Part shown: piece after piece, positions 23,445-26,291 of the stretch
How the letters are laid out: every line of letters begins with the position of its first letter
How positions within the stretch are numbered: position 1 is the stretch's first letter
Virus record (IMG/VR): IMGVR_UViG_3300036786_000003
Location: 1-26,291 of that record
DNA: 26,291 nt
Source: a virus
Lineage: Duplodnaviria > Caudoviricetes
Reading direction: 5' to 3' (one strand)
Program-made: the position numbers and the translations under genes
Notes under the pieces: generated by a model
Told to the model about the DNA's origin: nothing
Seen by the model: only the letters and a program-made list of their open reading frames with translations
The model's database searches: none

Positions 23445-25616
23445 ATGCCCTATGGCGCTCTCGTTCACCGAACGCCTGGGTTTTGGACGCCCGGCCGCAA
23501 GCCGACTCCGAGCTTTCCAGTCGAGCTGAATCCCGATGGGCAGCTCGTCCGCGGGCTGGTCATGCTCCTACTCTTCGACGGCCCTAGCAAGACGGGCTCG
23601 TTCAAAGACTATGCGCGCCTCAATCGAATCCTGACTCTGAGCAATGAAGCGATTAACCCTTCGGCCATGGGGCAGGTTGCTCATGCTACGACAACTGCCG
23701 GCGGCATCACCTTCACGCCCGCTTCGGCATCTTTGGCGAAGTGGTCATTCTCGGCACTGACATTATTCCCGATATCGGGCAGTGGCTCGAACAGCCCTGC
23801 GATGGTCAGCAATAACGGCACGAGCGCTCCGTGCACAGTGGATGCGAGCAACAACGCCTTGTCGTGCGGGTTCAACGCAGGCGTCAGCGACTTCCTCGAC
23901 GCATCAAGCGCCAACTTTATTGCTACCTCTTTATCCGGCTGGCATCGGGTCACGGTCACCTTCGATGGCACCAATGTATTTTGCTATCTTGATGGCGGAG
24001 CGCTCTTCACCGGATCGTGCGCACCTTTCGGCGCTGGCGCTGTCACCCCGAGCAAAATTCTTGGCGGGAATACCTCGGACTTTATGACCGCGTGGGGCGA
24101 CGCAGCGGATTTCTTTGCCTGGTCGCGCCAGCTAAGCGCCGCTGAAGCCGCCCAACACTACGCCGATCCCTACGCCACAACCCTGCGGCCGCGCTTCTCC
24201 GAGCGCTGGCGGATCGGCGCAGCGGCGAGCGGTGGCACGCGCACCAACCTTTCCTTTTCGGCATCGAATGCCGCCGTCGCATCTCTGACGCGGCTTCCCT
24301 CGAAGGCGCTCAAAGCCAATGACAACGCCGTCGCCTCGCGAAGCGCTGCCGTGAGCAAGGCAATCCAGGCGACTGATGCGGCTATCGCCAGCCGCAGCGC
24401 CCTGACGAGCAAATCCTTTGCCGCGACCGACGCAGCCGTCGCATCGCTTCAGACGAGCAAGCTCAGCTTCGTTTCGGCCGCTGCTTCGAATTCAGCGATA
24501 GCGTCCCTGCGGAGATCGGCTTTATCCGTCCGGCAGGCGGTCGACGCTGCGATTGCGACGCTCGGCCGGCAGACTGCGGCAAGCCGGCCGGCGTCGTCAT
24601 CGGCGATCGCAGCGCTCACACGATCGACCACCAGAAGCTTGCCGGCTGCGGATGCGGCGGTGGCATCGCTCAACTCTCACCGCGTTGTTTTGCTGTCGGC
24701 CTCAGCGACGGATGCGCCTATCGCGGCGCTCGCTCGTCTGACAGGCAAGAACCAGCCCTCATCCGATGCCGCGGTCGCGACGCTCATCCGCCAAACTCGC
24801 TCGGTTCGCGCCGCCACGGATGCAGCCGCCGCATCCCTGCTTCGCGTGACATCCAAAAGCTACGCGGCGTTGTCGGCCGCCATCGCGTCGATCGCCTCGC
24901 GGCGCGTGGTGCTTCTCTCATTCGCCGCCATCAACGCTGCGGTCGCGTCTCTTTCGCGCCGGACCGGCTTGGCACGGCAAGCCTTGGACGCTGCCGTCAC
25001 CTCGCTCCTGCGCGCTACATCGCTTTCCCGCTCTGCCTCGTCATCGAGCCTAGCATCGCTCGCCCGCAGCTCGACGCGGTCAATGCCGGCGTCTGATCAC
25101 CCTGTCGGTACGCTTTCGATCATCAAGCTTCATCTTCTCGCGGTCACGGCGATTAATTCGGCGTTGGCCTCTCTTTCAAAAAGGCTTTCGAGGAGTGCAC
25201 CGGCGATAGATGCCGCATCGGCAGGGCTCTCCCTCCGCACGTCGATCGCGCGAGCCGTCGCGGTTTCGTCGCCGGCGACGTTCTTGGGGGCCAAGGTGTC
25301 GCATGTGAGCGCTTCCGCTTCGTCCGACGTGGTCGCATCGCTGACAAGGCAAGCCTCGGCCGTGCGCACGGCTTCCAGCGCATCGACTGCCTCGTTCAGC
25401 CGCTTTGTCGCCCTGGTTCGGCAGGCTGCCAACGCGGCGATCGCCGCGTTGCATATCAGCAATCTTTCCGAGCTCATTGCGGTGCGGGTGCGGGCGAAGG
25501 ATCGGGCGCGCTATCTGGCGAGCGCCATTGCGTCTTCGCGCTTTGCGTCGCATGCCCGGTCGGTGCTGCGCTTCCTTGCATCGCCTCGACATTCAAAGGA
25601 TGAGGAATCGCCATGA
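23445..25616 (+). CDS. LamG/concanavalin-like domain plus long Ala/Ser/Arg repeat protein, 723 aa (putative fibre tip and scaffold)
   Basis: GWHRVTVTFDGTNVFCYLDG...FFAWSRQLSAAEAAQHYADPY is a LamG signature. It is followed by 22 repeats of 18-20 aa. Confidence 0.8.
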   Translation: MPYGALVHRTPGFWTPGRKPTPSFPVELNPDGQLVRGLVMLLLFDGPSKTGSFKDYARLNRILTLSNEAINPSAMGQVAHATTTAGGITFTPASASLAKWSFSALTLFPISGSGSNSPAMVSNNGTSAPCTVDASNNALSCGFNAGVSDFLDASSANFIATSLSGWHRVTVTFDGTNVFCYLDGGALFTGSCAPFGAGAVTPSKILGGNTSDFMTAWGDAADFFAWSRQLSAAEAAQHYADPYATTLRPRFSERWRIGAAASGGTRTNLSFSASNAAVASLTRLPSKALKANDNAVASRSAAVSKAIQATDAAIASRSALTSKSFAATDAAVASLQTSKLSFVSAAASNSAIASLRRSALSVRQAVDAAIATLGRQTAASRPASSSAIAALTRSTTRSLPAADAAVASLNSHRVVLLSASATDAPIAALARLTGKNQPSSDAAVATLIRQTRSVRAATDAAAASLLRVTSKSYAALSAAIASIASRRVVLLSFAAINAAVASLSRRTGLARQALDAAVTSLLRATSLSRSASSSSLASLARSSTRSMPASDHPVGTLSIIKLHLLAVTAINSALASLSKRLSRSAPAIDAASAGLSLRTSIARAVAVSSPATFLGAKVSHVSASASSDVVASLTRQASAVRTASSASTASFSRFVALVRQAANAAIAALHISNLSELIAVRVRAKDRARYLASAIASSRFASHARSVLRFLASPRHSKDEESP
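24252..25475 (+). repeat. Degenerate coding tandem repeat: 22 units of 18 or 20 aa (54/60 nt)
   Basis: Consensus xxxA(T/S)DAA(V/I)ASLxRxxxx. Unit lengths are (18,18,18,20)x4 then (18,18,20)x2. Confidence 0.85.
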
Positions 25617-25930
25617 CCGCAGCGGTGCCAAAGGTCTATCCGCTTAAGTCCACCATCACGCTGTCGGTCGATTTCAGCGAGATTGCCGATGGCTCGGTCA
25701 TCGATCCGCCCGAGGTCAATCTCTACCTGCTCGATCCGTCCCAAGCGCAGACGGTCGTGAGTTTTCCGGGCGATGTGATCCGCGATGCCGCCGGCGTCTT
25801 CCACTACGACCTGGTCGCGACCCTCTACGGCGTTTGGACCTACAAATTCCAGGGCACCGGCAACGGCATCAACGCCACGACCGAGGACATCACCTTCGAG
25901 GTCAAGCGCAGCGTCATGAATATGGGATAG
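25613..25930 (+). CDS. BppU-like Ig-fold adaptor protein, 105 aa
   Basis: TITLSVDF....DG..IDP..V.L.L.DP......VIRDAAGVFHYD.....GVWTYKFQGTG...ED..FEV. ATGA coupling with GAGGA SD. Confidence 0.7.
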   Translation: MTAAVPKVYPLKSTITLSVDFSEIADGSVIDPPEVNLYLLDPSQAQTVVSFPGDVIRDAAGVFHYDLVATLYGVWTYKFQGTGNGINATTEDITFEVKRSVMNMG

Positions 25931-26030
25931 GAGTGGTTAATCCAATCTCAAGCTTTCGAGAGCACACCATGCCTTCTCAGCCACACATCTCGGGCTGTCT
26001 TCAGGCGGCTCGAAAAAAGGAGGGAATGCT

Positions 26031-26288
26031 ATGTCGCTCAGCGATGCGCGCGCTATGGTTGCCGGCATTATCAACGCGAACACCCTGGTCGATGCACGCC
26101 GTGCGGCCGGTCGACTTGGGGCCGAGCTCGAAGACCTCGGGGTACATTTGGAAGGGCAGGCGAATACGATCATCGCGCTCGGGTGCATCGTCCGGGCTTT
26201 GGCTGACCTTCGCGGCGCGGACTCAGTCGAGGTGCATTTCCCCAATCCCCTTATCGGGGCGGAAGTGGATCGGATTTTGGGGCGTTAG
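26031..26288 (+). CDS. Hypothetical 85-aa protein (moron or start of the next module)
   Basis: Very strong SD AAAAGGAGGG after a 100-nt intergenic gap. Codon usage looks different from the core genes. Confidence 0.7.
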   Translation: MSLSDARAMVAGIINANTLVDARRAAGRLGAELEDLGVHLEGQANTIIALGCIVRALADLRGADSVEVHFPNPLIGAEVDRILGR

Positions 26289-26291
26289 AGG

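Noticed and set aside
18589-25930. Diversity-generating retroelement, invertible fibre cassette or CRISPR array
   Set aside because: No reverse transcriptase, invertase, TR/VR pair, inverted fibre copy or repeat-spacer array was seen. The 24252-25475 repeats are degenerate and protein-coding.

Overview
The whole window is the late (virion) region of a Mu-like transposable phage or prophage with a contractile tail. It is GC-rich and probably infects an alphaproteobacterium, judging by the initiator tRNA type. Almost all genes are on the + strand in Mu order: portal (5' truncated), MuF head protein, gpG, protease/scaffold, capsid cement, major capsid, head-tail joining proteins, sheath, tube, frameshifted chaperone, tape measure, gpN, baseplate gp44-48, tail fibre and its assembly protein. 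Several things depart from the Mu plan. (1) MuF carries a C-terminal PBECR-type nuclease-fold extension. It is followed by a 59-aa Acb2/Tad1-like ORF that the ORF track hides, then by a non-coding two-hairpin element whose loops are exactly complementary (kissing loops). (2) A complete initiator tRNA-fMet(CAT) starts 6 nt after the major capsid stop codon, inside the head operon. (3) A second fibre-like module follows the normal tail fibre. It is built around a 723-aa LamG-like protein with 22 Ala/Ser/Arg-rich repeats in an 18-18-18-20 aa rhythm. (4) Small accessory ORFs are inserted between core genes, including an antisense gene that shares a palindromic ribosome-binding site with gpN. All family assignments come from remembered motifs and synteny; no database search or folding program was run.
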